Shown piece after piece: positions 12,807 through 25,576 of a DNA stretch of 64,000 nucleotides. Both the position numbers and the translations under genes were made by a program. The notes under the pieces are model-generated. The model was not told where the DNA came from, made no database searches, and saw only the letters and a program-made list of their open reading frames with translations. Source of the DNA: Eukaryota sp. TZLM1-RC (taxonomy: Eukaryota > Protista > Metamonada: BaSk clade); assembly GCA_040285825.1 (NCBI GenBank), contig JAUPSS010000002.1, forward strand, positions 3,038,001 to 3,102,000, given 5' to 3'. Each line of letters opens with the position of its first letter. Positions within the stretch are counted from its first letter, which is position 1.

Positions 12807-15200
12807 GGCCTAATGGAATATCTTCTTCTCTTTCAGCTTGTCTCCTCAGAAGTTCCATGGTGTGCCTATTTCCTGTCGTTTGGCACCAAGCTAAGAAGTG
12901 TCTTCTGGTGGTCGAAGTCCTAATAACGTAGTACCTGTTGAAGGCTCCCAGAGATCTTCTCTTGTCCAATGGCTAGCTACCTCCTTGGTGATGGCAAAAT
13001 TATCAATGTCCAAGAGGAAGTATTCTGCAATGAGGGCGGGTGAGAGGGTTATTAAACCGCTGGTTCCCCTAATTGATGCAAATATAGAATGAACAACCAT
13101 GTGAGTGGTCATTCTCAGGACGTCTCCAAAATCTGCGACGAACCTACCAAATTCGTTGTCAGCATCCATATTGTTGCGGATGTTTCTCCAATTAATGCAA
13201 GGTTTTGCTATGGCGGAACAGGCCTCATGATAAGAGGTAAATTGCATCCTGCGTAGCAGAAATACCATTAGATCTGCATCAGAGAAGTCTGGTCTCAGAA
13301 GTCCTTGACCTTGCCATCTAGTGATGAGATGGGGGTCAACCATGCTTAGTAAGCCAGACGGACAAGTACTGATCATCATACTTCTAAATAAGTCGTAATG
13401 ATGAATTGGAGGTCCCAGACGTTTCGTCAGTTCTGGGTCGATCCTTAAAAGTGGCTGCTTCATGTCCCTATCAATTTCTTCTCTTATGTGAGATGGGAGA
13501 GATGATAAGAGCTCAGGGGTAACCTGGGTCTTTCCTTCACCGAATATCTGGGTTGCTATCAACATAGCGCGAGACCAATCAGATTGACCAGGGGCTTGGA
13601 AGCTTCTATTAGCTATCTTACGCCCGTATTTATCCCATGTTTGGAACCTGAGAAGGAAGGAGACGAGAGACATCTTGTTGAGTGAGTCCTTCTCGGATAG
13701 GTGACGAGCTTTGTATTCAGCTGACCTAGGCCGAGAGTCCACATGTCTCTGAAGACTACTCGTTATACTCATGTCCAATATATTTCTAGAGGCTTGGAGG
13801 TCTTCCCAACGGAGAGGCTCCTCAGAAGTAACTCTTCTATGAGGGGGTTGAGGAGGAGGTGTTTCATCTAGGTCCACTCAACTTGACTTCATCTTCTGAT
13901 GCACTTGTAAGCATAGGTTGGGAGGAACTTGATGGTCCCTGAACCAGGTCTGTTTACTCGTTCTGTCACGTCTACTGTTGGGATGTGGTCAGGGAGTACA
14001 TCGATAGAACAGACTTGTACCGGTTGCTCTTTTTCTGATATTATGGGGGCAATTACTGGAAGTTTAGGTCTCTGGTGGAGCTCTGTTGATTGGTCGCCCG
14101 TGACCATGAATCTGAACTTCTTCTTCCTTGTTGTAAATTCCCCGAAGTGCTGAATAAAGTTATTTGGGCGGCTCCTCAAGTGGATACGCTTGAGCGTTCC
14201 GTAAGTATATTATTTAGGGCGACCGCGTCAAAACAGTCGCTGACGGGTTTCAACTTGCTCGGATTTATGCTGTCTACTTGTTCCATATACTCCCTGAAAC
14301 AAGTAGGAGCCCCGTCCGTTACCTCTGAGTAGTTATGGATGATCTTATCAAAGTACGAGTCCATCCATACCGGCAATTTCGTTTCCAGGATGTCGTCGGT
14401 ATCGGTTCTACTCCTTCGTTCAATGGCTAAGAACCTGATCCTTCTCCCGAATTGATTTAAGTGAATGGCTTCCGAATCAGGTCTTTCTTTGATTGGTTTA
14501 GCCAGGATCAAATGGATTTATTTGTCCATGCCGGTTATCCTAGGACGGCGTTCTGCTCCGCGTCCGTAGGTATCCCTACTCAAGGCGTCCAAAGCATTTA
14601 TTAACTCTTTTCTCTCGCTATGAGGGAATTCGTAGACTCTGTTAGGGTCCCCTTTATGGCCCAGAGTCTGGAATCCCACGTTTCTTCCAGTGTTTGTGAT
14701 TTGTTTTTAGAGAGGAGGGAGCTGCTCGAACAAACAGTAATCCATTGGTTCGAGGTGAGCCTCCGCGTCCTTCATAATTTGTTGACGAAGCTCTTTCTCT
14801 TCGTCGTCTATTTCGTTTAAAACGGATTGAAGTTCTTCGTAATCCTTTAGAACAGACGAAGTTTCTGAACTCGATTCAACATTTGTGTCTCTAGGTGAGG
14901 ACCGGGGTGGTCCCATTCCTGAAACCTTTTCTGGATTGTTGGATTTGGAAGAGGCGGGAGGTGGTTCCGTGCCTGGTTTCATGGGTTTACTTTGAGGAGG
15001 GGCGGAGGGTGGTCTCAAGCCCGAGTCCTTATCTATATACGTCTCTACTACTTCTCCTGATGATGTATGAATGCTAAAAGCGTCCTTGTCGTATTGCTGC
15101 ATGAAAATTTTGAAGGAGTCAGTGTCATGGCTGGGAGAGACTGACATGATATCTGCCAAAGATATCCTCTGTATGAAAGCTGTAAGTTGTGTAAGTGGTA
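12807..15200 (-). pseudogene. fragmented gag region of the LTR element
   Basis: ORF 12891-13877 (LVSFLLRFQTW; MVDPHLI; FSDADLMVFLLRRMQFTSYHE) aligns by eye with the gag at 52457-53212 (VLLFLQQW; LVDPFLL; SSDEVFLDHLRSSTSFSSYEE). It lies inside the LTR pair. Confidence 0.6.
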
Positions 15201-15234
15201 TACTTGGTATTAAACCTAAATGGCCAATAATTAT

Positions 15235-15316
15235 TGATGCCGTAGGTTTGAAAAGTGGGTTAAGATAAAGCTGATTTATTTTCTATTCATATTATAAAAG
15301 CCTAAGGGCGCCAACA
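15235..15316 (-). repeat. 5' LTR (82 bp)
   Basis: Partner of 8715-8796; followed on the minus strand by ATAATTATTGGCC. Confidence 0.9.
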
Positions 15317-17235
15317 TCTTCTGCAAAGATGAAGTCGAAGAGCATACGAGCAAGTTCATTGAAATTACCAGTAGTGGAAAGTTTGACTGGCAACTTTGGT
15401 TTAATATTTTGATCAATAGCTGTAAGATACCAGCAAACCAGGCAGGGTTGGACAAATCAGATTCGTGTGGTAAACTTATCGGTTCAGGCAAAGTTCAAAA
15501 CTCTTCATGTCCATGGATATAGTGAACAAGGTGACGCATCAGTCTCCATGAAGTAGATGTCAATGTGATTACCATTGGAAGAGCTATATATCTTTCGTTC
15601 GTCAATGGTTGGCTCATCAATGGTGTTTTCGGAGTCCAATATAAGTGAATGATTGGTTTTTCCTAACAAGAGCTCACAACGTTTCCGAAAATCTCCTACA
15701 TTCATCAATAACCGATGAATTGTTGAAACACTGACGTCATTGTTTTTTTTTCACCGTAAATGCACAAGTATTTCTCTGAGGCATAAGTCAGGTTTATGTT
15801 TCAATGTTGCTGATAATGAGATTTCGATTACATTCATCCAGTTTGGGGATGGGTTCAAGTAATGGTCTTTAGGTGTACAAGCTTTTCTTGTACCATCTTT
15901 TTTGAACCCTTTATGGCAAATAAATTTGTTAGGCTCAATGAGAGACATTCAAGATCTTGTCAAAACCCAAGCTGAGGCATTTGATAAGCGTTTACATGAA
16001 GAAAGTCTAAACCTAAACTCCTTTCATGCGACAGTTTACCCGAGTTTAAATCAGTTGTAGGAATAGTGTTTGAATATTCTTTGTAGGAAATGTTGACTTA
16101 TTGAGAGGAATCATTGAAGAAATGTGTGTTGGAAGAACAAGAAAGGTATTTGGGCTTCCATGTGTTTATGAAATAGAAACATTAAAGACTATTGGATATG
16201 AATTAGGCTAATCAGAGTTTGAGAGACAGTGGTGGTTAACATATAAATTAGTTTAAACTAATTGGTAAGCAAGGGAAAGTGCACTATAAGTCTTTCCAAC
16301 TCCCGAACGTTGAATTAGATTAAGAATGTAGAATTGATCAGTTTCTTGACTAATTAGAGACATTATTCCGTCAGCAATAGCACGGTGCTCTTAGAGTGCT
16401 CTCAGAGTGGCAGAGTCACTCTGGATCTGTTATGCAAGTCAGAAAGGGTTGCTTCAATGTCATCTTTCTGAATGGATGCACTGGATTCTTGAAAATCAGA
16501 GGACTGTGAATCTGATGGTGAACCATGGGAAGGAGACGAAGATTCAATGCCATGGCCACGTTTGATTGAGAAAGTGTTACCATTAGAGGTATAGGTAAGG
16601 AACATGCCAGAAAAAGAGAAGACGGAGTTGGAGGGAAAATACTGTCTAACTTCATTTTGATAGATGGTGAGGAACTTACAAACTTGCATCAAATGTTATA
16701 CTTTCCAAAGAAAGATCATAGGACAAACGGAATTCCACAAAACGCAAAAGACTGTCATAAAGAGCAGAGGAAACTGTTTGACATTCAACCGACGAAGAAA
16801 CAGTGGAAGACTCTGTGGAAGGTGAATCAGAGCTCTTCATGAGTCAAAGGAAGTTGTTCTGCTTTTGGCTTCTTCAGTAGTGGTATGCTTTCAGCTGATG
16901 AATGTGTTTTACGTAGGGACATCTGGATTGGTTGTAAACATACCTGGGCATGACACCCACCCAGGTATGGTTGTAAATAAGCTTGCTAGAAACAAAACTT
17001 TATGGGCAAATGCCAAATAACTTCAACTATTAATTAAAATAAACTACTACAAGAACCACCCAAGTCTACTGAGTAGTTATCCCCGAACAATTTACTCAAA
17101 ACTGAGTCGAAATATCGAAACATTGATTTAAAGAGAGTAAATGCTAACCTATTCGTCCAGTAAAGTCTGTTGAATTATTTGCCGAAATTTGAACAAAGTT
17201 CCTCAAACTTATTCAATAATTCAATTGCATATAAA

Positions 17236-19126
17236 TAGAGATGCCGAAAACTCCACTTGAGTCTCACTCGAATCGAGTTCACTCGAGTAAACTCCACGTC
17301 ACTCCAAGAATTTTACGAATTGGAGTCGAGTTGGAGTTTCACAAAAACTTGACGAGTGAGTCGAGTTGGAGTGAAACTCGTTTCGGTCCCTTGTTTTATT
17401 TAAGCCAGTTCAACAGACTGAGACTCTGACTAATACAAACAGTTACTTTATAAAAACCTAGAAATGTAAAGCTACACTTCTAAAACAAAACAAAAACTAC
17501 GAGTACAATTCCAAGTTCATTGGATACCAAGATTTTAGATATAGAAGTATTTCAAGGACTTCATCAGAAAGTCGATTCCTTGTTTTGGTGACAGTATTTC
17601 CACCCAACGAGAAACACCGTTCTGATGGAACTGACGATGCCTGAGCTGCAAGAAACCGTCGCGCTAAAGATGAAAGTACAGGATATAAAGTTGAATGGCT
17701 TTTCCACCATTGTAAAGGGTCAGCAGTGATGGATTCCAATGGATTTAGCTCGAAAGAATCAAGTTCGTCGATTGGTTCTTCATTTGCCTCAGCAATATAT
17801 GAAATTGCTACATCGAGAGAGCTTGGGGGGGGGGTATTCTATATCACATATAGGGTTTTCAGAGAGGATAGGTGGATCTTCACCACTGTCTTCAAAGGAA
17901 AGTTTGTATGAAACATAATACGCTTTGAATTGCTCTCTGAATCCCCCATTTCTTAGCTTAAGAGGCATAAGTCGTGTCTTAAAGCGAGGGTCTAACAGTG
18001 TGGCTGCGTAGGTGGTGAAGTTATATAATTGATCATGATAACTGGAATGCTTGGACTTCATCGACGTTACCATATCCAAGACAAATAGTCTGTTTTGATT
18101 GTTTTCAATGTGAACATTGAGTTGTCTTTCAATTTCAGCAAACATGACAACTCCTGGTCCAATTGAGGGACTGGAAGAGGAAACCGTATTGGTGGCATTG
18201 TAGAATACCTTCAGAATGTCACAAAGAGTTCGTACATGAATCAGTTCTTGGGACGAAAGTTGCAAAATTCCTATATCTTCATCCTCACTGTTTGTAAAGA
18301 ACAGATTGATTTCAGAAAGCCTTTTTAGGTAGGTAGACAGCATGAAGTAGGTGCTGTTCCATCGAGTTTTTACATCTCTTCTGATCGAACACATATTTAA
18401 CTCTTTAAAGCAATCACGGTATTCTTGAGTCAGTTGAGTCGATGCAGCTAGTTTCTGAGCAAGCACTCGAATTTTTTGGCAAGTCTGTTCGACATGGACA
18501 AGGCCCGCCTGAACAATAATGTTAATAATATGAGCAAAGCACCTCATTTCCAGGATATGTTCTTTGCCAAGCTGTTGTCTTTCAACATTTACTTTCCTTA
18601 TGGCAGCTTGCATTGTTGGCGCATTGTCTATCGTAATACAATGATGTCGTGCTGTGGCTATATCATTAAACATTCTTGTCAGGCAACGAGCTGTTCTTTC
18701 TTCATTGTGAGGGTGTCCGAATGGACGCATGTCTGTCACAACATTCATCAATTGAAAGTGTGAAGTGATGAAGTGAGCTGTAAGACACATGAAAGGTGTG
18801 TTATTAGGAGAAGTCCAACCATCTGTTGTAAAGCACACGGTGTTGTTCTTAAATAAAAGTGTTGTCAGTGTGGTTTTTCAAGAATAGATACAGCATGAGG
18901 GAGTCGTTCTATATTGTACAAGAGTGTTCCTTTTTTGTTAATGATCATGTAAGGTTGCGGAATAAGAATTCAATGTTGAAGTGGAGTCTATGAGTGACTC
19001 GAGTTGGAGTGGAGTCGAGTTGGAGTCGAGTTCACTCGTGAATTGATTTTTTCCGAGTCGAGTCGAGTTGGAGTTCTGAAATTTTTATGAGTGGACTCGA
19101 GTGAAACTCAAGTTTCGGCATCTCTA
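17236..19126 (-). mobile_element. hAT transposon, internally deleted
   Basis: 14-bp perfect TIR TAGAGATGCCGAAA. 8-bp TSD CATATAAA (17228-17235, 19127-19134). ACTCGA/ACTCCA subterminal repeats. Confidence 0.95.
17497..18838 (-). pseudogene. hAT transposase lacking the N-terminal BED region; frameshift probably at the G-run ~17825-17834
   Basis: TTDGWTS, TIDNA, RCFAHIINI and TRWNST motifs; hATC dimerisation domain WWK...YPVLSSLARRFLAAQASSVPSERCFS. Confidence 0.9.
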
Positions 19127-19282
19127 CATATAAACCAAATATTTTCATAGAACGGCACTGCAAACGGTTGAAATTCAATGTAATTATACCTTTGACAGTT
19201 TAAAGTAATCCCTACCAGATTAATATTTTTGTTATTGGTCTGATAATATTTTCAATATTCAAAAGATATTGCAACATTTACA

Positions 19283-19374
19283 AATCAAAGATTTTGTAGA
19301 GGAAATCTTGGTTTAATGATAGTCGTCCCATTAGTTATGATTTAATTTAATCAAGTGTGCAAATTCAATAAATT
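19283..19374 (+). mobile_element. extremely 5'-truncated copy of the LINE at 29270-32240
   Basis: Near-identical to 32149-32235; flanked by the direct repeat AACATTTACA (19273-19282, 19375-19384). Confidence 0.8.
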
Positions 19375-19449
19375 AACATTTACACCAATTTTTGAGATTT
19401 TTATTTTTATTTTAAAAATTATATAAATAAATAAGTCAATATTTACTCT

Positions 19450-19657
19450 ACGAAGAAACAAAACAAACTAAAACACATCAAACACAAAATTCTCCACGTC
19501 AACTGTTGATGAATCCTTATACAGCTTGGACATCATTAAATTTAAGTAATGAACACTTCTGTATTAAGCAAATATGATACGATTCTTTCATAAATTTCAT
19601 GCAAAATTCTTACCACTTGAACGACATAAATTATCAAAATCATTGAGAAAATTCAAA
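19450..19657 (-). mobile_element. 3' fragment of an RLE non-LTR retrotransposon
   Basis: Reverse-complement homolog of 3077-3290. Confidence 0.75.
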
Positions 19658-20139
19658 TTATATAAAGATTCTTAAGAATGATGAAGCAAGATCAAAAAAC
19701 ATCAATATACAACAAAACAGACATTGCTTTGAAACTGGATGAATAAAACATCGATGAAACATAGATTTCAACAATTCATCACTCGAATCAATATTGTTTT
19801 CACTCAATAAATGTCTCGAGACCATGCAAACTATTTAATATTCAATTAATATTTAAATTAAGGAAAACGACAAAATCCATGCGAATTACGAAAAATACAT
19901 CAAAATCCAGAAATTACTTTTTCTACTACTATTGCACCAATACCCAGAAGCAATCATACAACAATATCACAAGACGACGATAGGTTGGAACAACAATCTC
20001 CCGTTGATCTGGATGCAGGGACATTTTTTACTTCTAAACTGACACTGGAAACAACAGTTTTGCAACATGCATTACAAAAAGCCCGTGGATTTATGTTGGC
20101 CCACAAAAACAACACTGAACGCTGGGAAAACATATGTCA

Positions 20140-21420
20140 GGACCGATCCTGTGGCTTTAACTGATAGCATGTTCTACGACTAACCTCTCTGACGTTTGGA
20201 CTGTGAGTCTCTTTCAGGATCACAATGAATACTGTACTTCGACTTAGACAAACTTCTGATGAAACAAATGTGACAGAAAAGAAAAGTATAGATGTGGAAG
20301 TTGTGGTGCAGAGGCACATAATAGGAGAGCCTGTCCCAAAAACTGTTAGAAGAGTGGATTTGTTAGGGTTAGTGTTTTAAATTGAATGAGTAAAGAGCAT
20401 TATTGATGTGAAACGTCAATTTACGAAAAAAAAATTATGAAGGCAATAAGGAAGTAGACAATGATGATATGGATTATGAGCACTGACAGCAACAACTTAT
20501 GGATTTTGGTCACACCTAGTACTTAGGTCTGCAAATTGTCATGTCACAGCAGGTGCTTCTGGATTATGGATTATGCTTTTTCAGACTAGTGACAAGCTCA
20601 TGAACCTTGGTTTCTTCTGGGAAATACAGTATTCAGCAATGACATTTTTCAAAGCTTTGACAATGCCCTTAACTGTATGAGGGTAAGGCACTAGCAATAT
20701 ATCCAGTTCAGCGGACTCAATAATCCAGGAACAATCATTCGCTTCAATCCAATAAATTGTTATACAAATATAATATAATATAAATAAATGGAAGTTGTGA
20801 TGCAGAAGTCCATAGATCCAGAGTCAAACACACCTTACGTTGATGGTTCTGCAGCACCTTTTGCAGTGTTTTTTAGCTGAACCGTACATTTTCAGCATTT
20901 TGTGTTGCATAGTTTGCCGTGAAGGCCCTTGGAAGCGGCAGATAAGAAACCTAACTATGTCCAAAAAGGACTCTCTGGCGTATGGCTGACCAAAATCTGC
21001 CATCCGTAGAACAAATAAAGAAATAAGATGATCTGTTTGCTCATTGGTATTACTAACTTCCGGAGACTCTATATGTGTTTCAGTAATAAACATTTTTGAA
21101 AGAGTCATCTAGATCATTGGATTTAGACCAGGATTAGACCAACCAAAATGAACCGCATTGACGTGCTTTTTAAAGGAGTGTCAACTAGTCTTGACACTCA
21201 GACTTTTCAAGATTGCATCATTTACGCCGGTTTTCATGCTTTTTGCACAAACAAGACAAATCCTTGCTGAACCGTCTGGTAACAGTCGAAAATGTTGCTC
21301 TTTGGAGGACAATGAAGGTGATGATGGAAAGACAACGGAGATGGTAGAGACATAGAAGTAAAAGTAAAGGATTCTATAAACGTTTTAGATTTCGTGCAAT
21401 TGATTGGCATGTACAAAATC
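20140..21420 (-). pseudogene. highly decayed hAT-like transposase remnant
   Basis: Manual translation gives a BED-like CLVC...FKKHVNAVH, then PSRQTM, then LDLWTS (~20805-20825), with many stops and frameshifts. Confidence 0.55.
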
Positions 21421-21901
21421 AATGATTATATTGAATTAAACTATGTACAAAAATGTTTACCAGAATAGATGAACATTATGAATCTATAAAAAGCAGGGTT
21501 CAGAGGTGGCCTCGTCTCTCAAATACAAAGTTCAGAGGAAGCCTAGAATGATAGTCGAGTTGTGTGGGCTGAAATAGAGGCGAGTTATTGGACACCCCTA
21601 GTCGAAGTAACTATCCACCTATGCCTTGTGTTTCGCAATCCATGCCTCTGGATACACCAATTTAATACTCGTTACTCTTTTAGTTCAGTGATTTTGGTTC
21701 CCTTGGCTCTAACAAAGGTTTCCTTATGATGAAATTGGATAGTATCGCCTCTATCCACAACAAATCTATTTCCCAACAGCAAAACAAATTTGTCACTCTG
21801 TTTTTTGGATGTATATTCTCTACAAGGAAATGCGTTACAGTACCTTTGAACAAACGTCCCTTTTGAAGTTGAAGCTACAATTTGGCAATTTGTCCTCATA
21901 C

Positions 21902-22468
21902 TCATCGCTCACGTGGTTGATGTTTACCCATGTGGAGTCGTTCGTCAGGGTTTGCATCCTTGTGCCAGTATGCAGGTTTTGGAGTAGCTGCCTGGTATTT
22001 TGAACGCAGTGCGTCAAAGTAGCAATTCTCAGGCTCTTCAGCTACAAGATTAACAAATCTCTCCGAACATTGACCCAGTCGAGCCAATAGGTCTAGATTT
22101 TGATCTTGTTGCTGGAGAACTAAGTCATCTTGCGTATATCCTCGCGAACTGCCGAATAAGGATGACCAATGTTTCTTTAGAAATTCCTCCCTGTTCTCAA
22201 TACAAGATGAATCCGTAAAAATACTGGATTCATTTTCGATGGCAGCCCCGAATTCATAATCGCTCAAGTCTCTGATATCATCAGGTGTATTAGCAATAAA
22301 GCTTTCGAAGAAGTCTCTAATTGTGTCGGTGACTCGCTTCGTCGTCTCACGACCACTCGTCGTACCACTCTTAAGACGTGTGGTATTCTGTACCCGTCCA
22401 TTCAATGTTAAAAGGGTCGTTTGAGCGGGAAAACAAGGGGGGGGGGTTATCACCATCCCCTTCTCCAT
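21902..22468 (-). other. unassigned ORF remnant, possibly gag-like
   Basis: 188-aa ORF in TE context with no diagnostic motif. Confidence 0.25.
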
Positions 22469-22974
22469 TCCCAGATTTAGGATCAGGTGTTCCCGTCTGT
22501 GAGGAGGCGACCTTTGAAGAAGATGAATAAACGAGTAAATAATTCAGGAGTAAAGGGCTGTTCTTGTTAGAGGGGAAACTACACTTCCGCGGGGAACCAA
22601 TCACTCTCCTTTACAGAAAGACTGATACTGTTGTCTGATGTATCAAATATTTGAAGGTATTTACCAACCCATTACATTTCTATTAATAACAATAATAACT
22701 GTCAAATCTCATCGTATTACGCTAAAGTATTCAAATTGTTACATATGCATTTAACTAAAAGGTTGCAATATTAAAATGTATGTTGAATTCCACTGTTTTT
22801 CATTGTCAGTCAGTTTTATCATTTTGATTAAAGGCATCTTCATCACGGTAAAAATATTGGATTGCAACACGTCAAATTGTCAAACATTTACGCAGTTTAC
22901 ACATAAATCGCAAAATTGTACATAGTGTTTAGTTTTAGTCTCATTTCTGAATTAAGAGAATATATATAATTGCA

Positions 22975-23740
22975 GATAATTTGAACCACTGCAATGAGAA
23001 TGAGATGTTTTCTATGGCCTTGTTCATTACCAAATGATTTAATTTGTCGCTGCAAGAGTGTTGTTACGCTTTCCCATATTTTAAACTGCAAGTATTTTAT
23101 AACTTATCGCTCAATTGTTCATGACTCAGTTCGTGACCAATTGTATGCCATGTGCAAAAGTTTCAATATAGAGATATTGATTGAACTTTTAGTACGTAAG
23201 CTGTCTTCAGATCAAACTGATGATTCCTTTGGTGAAAGAAGGGCAGATATAGTAGCTCCAGGGATCGATGGTGTTCTCATTGTTGTAGATGTTGTCTCAG
23301 TTGATGTTTGCAAAAATTCTGCTGCTCGTTTAGTGTATTCCGCTGATTTGCCGTTATTTAACGCCGAAAAAAGAAGATAAAAAAATATGAAGAACCTTTG
23401 GCACAATTAGGGAGAGTGTAACATGTGAAATATCAGTTTGTGCCGTTTGCAATTTCTTTTTTTGGCAATATTGGATCTTCAGTGTTGCACTTTTTTGAAA
23501 ATTTCAAAAAGTGTTACTGAATAGGTCTGGTAAAACAATGAACTCCACTTTCTGGTTAAATAGAATTGTTTTTTGCATTTTGAAGTCTATTCCAACAATG
23601 ATTTAAGAGGCATTTTTAGCTATTGGTGTAGAATATGAACGTAATGCTGTGAGTAGGTTTAGTAATAGTGACGCTTGTTTGGAGAATATTGAATTCTAGA
23701 TAGATATTTCTTATTTCAATAAATATTTCAGTTAAAAAAA
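22975..23740 (+). mobile_element. 5'-truncated RLE non-LTR retrotransposon
   Basis: CRCKSVVTLSHILNC zinc knuckle, HDSVRDQL, RRADIV...VVDV and FVPFAISFFGNIG; ends with AATAAA and an A-run. Confidence 0.85.
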
Positions 23741-24449
23741 GACTTATAAATTACTAAATTACATTGTTGAGTTCAACTGATTGACATCAATTCAGAAGAT
23801 TTTTCTCTTTTTTCACGTTAACTTTGTAAATTAGAAGAAATTTATTCAATCTTGTCAAATAATCTAACGCAAAATTGGAAAGTTCACTGCATGTCTCCAT
23901 ATTTTCCGATATGATTTTCTATTAATCACCCAACATGAATAGAAAATATCAAATCATCAACCAATGTTCCACATCCTGACATTATACATCATCTCCATCG
24001 AAACAGTTAATTGCTTGAGATTCTTAAAAACGACCAAGGATAGTGAATCAGAAATTAATATCACCATCCCTTTTACATATACCCTTATGACTTTTCCCTT
24101 AGAAGCACAATGTTGCCAACAATCAAGATTGAAAACTCTTCCAGTCTATTCTTTTACAATTAAACTAAGATCTCCAAGATAACGAAAAGCAGCCTTTATT
24201 AGAAAAACCAAGCAAAGAAAAAAAGGGACACATCTCATTTTGAAAATGAGACTTGTCATTAACAGAGGAAATAACTTTGGCGTATTGGACAATTTTCTAT
24301 ATTTTTCTAGCAGGAAAGGGAAAATGACAACAAAATGAAATAACTGTTCATTATCATACTAATAAAGGTCAATAGACACATTACTTAAACTAATTGAGCT
24401 TCCATTTAAGCCAATAACAAATCTTCTCCTGTCTTATTTTAATAATATT

Positions 24450-25190
24450 TCTTTCTTGAACAAATTACAAATCAATATCTAAATAATCCATCTCTCCCAA
24501 AACAAAATACTTAGATGCAACTTTCTCATAGTGAGAGCCAAAAGAAAGCAAAGCACCAGAAACCATCTTCAACACCCAATTTAAAAGTGGAAAACACAAT
24601 TCTACTTTGCCAAAACAATTTGTTCAAATTTCTATTGGTCCTTTTCTTCACAATCATTCCAAGATCTGCAAAAAAAGCTGAAGCAATTGTAGCAAGTAAA
24701 CCAAATAGAGAAAATACAATGGGATACACATTGTATTTTACATGCAGTTAGCTAGACCGTTTTAACAAAGGTTCACTGTATTTATTGATTTTGACAATGT
24801 GAAAGAAGAAGAATGAATTTCAGAAATAGCAGGCCTTTCATTTGAGATATTACAAAGATCAACAGACGTTACATTTACTAAAATGAAGGTTGCATCTAAT
24901 TCGGGTAATATGACATCACCTCTACTATTCTTAAGAAAATCATCTTCAGTATCAAACATATTTGAACATTGTGGGTTCAAAAACAAATCAATTCTATGAC
25001 ACTTACTCATACAAAATAATTGGTCTCATACAGCATTGTGAACCTTGCTTCTCACGGTGATACATTGTTTACCATCAAACAAGTGAGTAATTTTAATTTT
25101 TGGCTACAATTAAAATAAATTATGAGGTAAATCATAAGGCCAAATAAAGAGAGAGAGTATCATATACAAAGTCCAAGCAGAATCAGTTAA
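24450..25190 (-). mobile_element. decayed 3' fragment of the RLE LINE family seen at 44075-45239
   Basis: MSKCHRIDLFL...RGDVILP and YPIVFSLFG...FWQSRIVFS closely match ORF 44107-45243. Confidence 0.85.
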
Positions 25191-25576
25191 GAGCAGGACT
25201 TGGAAAAATTGAATTATGAATTCAATTATTGCAATTAGCTAACTTCAATTAGTCCAATAAGTTTTGAATGAATTTAACAAATTGTAGTAGGTCAATAAAG
25301 CTTAAGTATATCTATAGCAAAATTTAATAGGGCTTCTTTATTAGGAACAATTAGTTGGACAGTTAATTGCAATTACTGGAGGTTATTCAAGTATCGGTTC
25401 TTTCATCTGTTTAGTCGTAAGTTCATTGTAGTTATTTTATACTTTAGTCTTCATGTGCGAATAAACTAACTATACAAGTGTCTATGGTAAATTGTCTCTA
25501 TCAAAATTGTTGATTTGAGGTAAGCAAGGGCATTTATTTTCAATCTTTACACTTTTGTATCATTTAAAACCATCTA

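Larger units (their letters stand above)
8715..15316 (-). mobile_element. Ty3/gypsy-type LTR retrotransposon with 82-bp LTRs, internally deleted, carrying a nested hAT
   Basis: Direct repeats at 8715-8796 and 15235-15316 (TG...CA on the minus strand). 4-bp TSD TCTT (8711-8714, 15317-15320). PPT GAAATAGGGAAGAAGCAG before the 3' LTR. Domain order gag, PR, RT fragment, chromodomain-like integrase tail. Confidence 0.9.

Noticed and set aside
17240-17385. CRISPR-like array of ACTCGA repeats (also 18980-19110 and 12678-12785)
   Set aside because: These are short, irregular subterminal repeats inside hAT TIRs, with no repeat-spacer periodicity.
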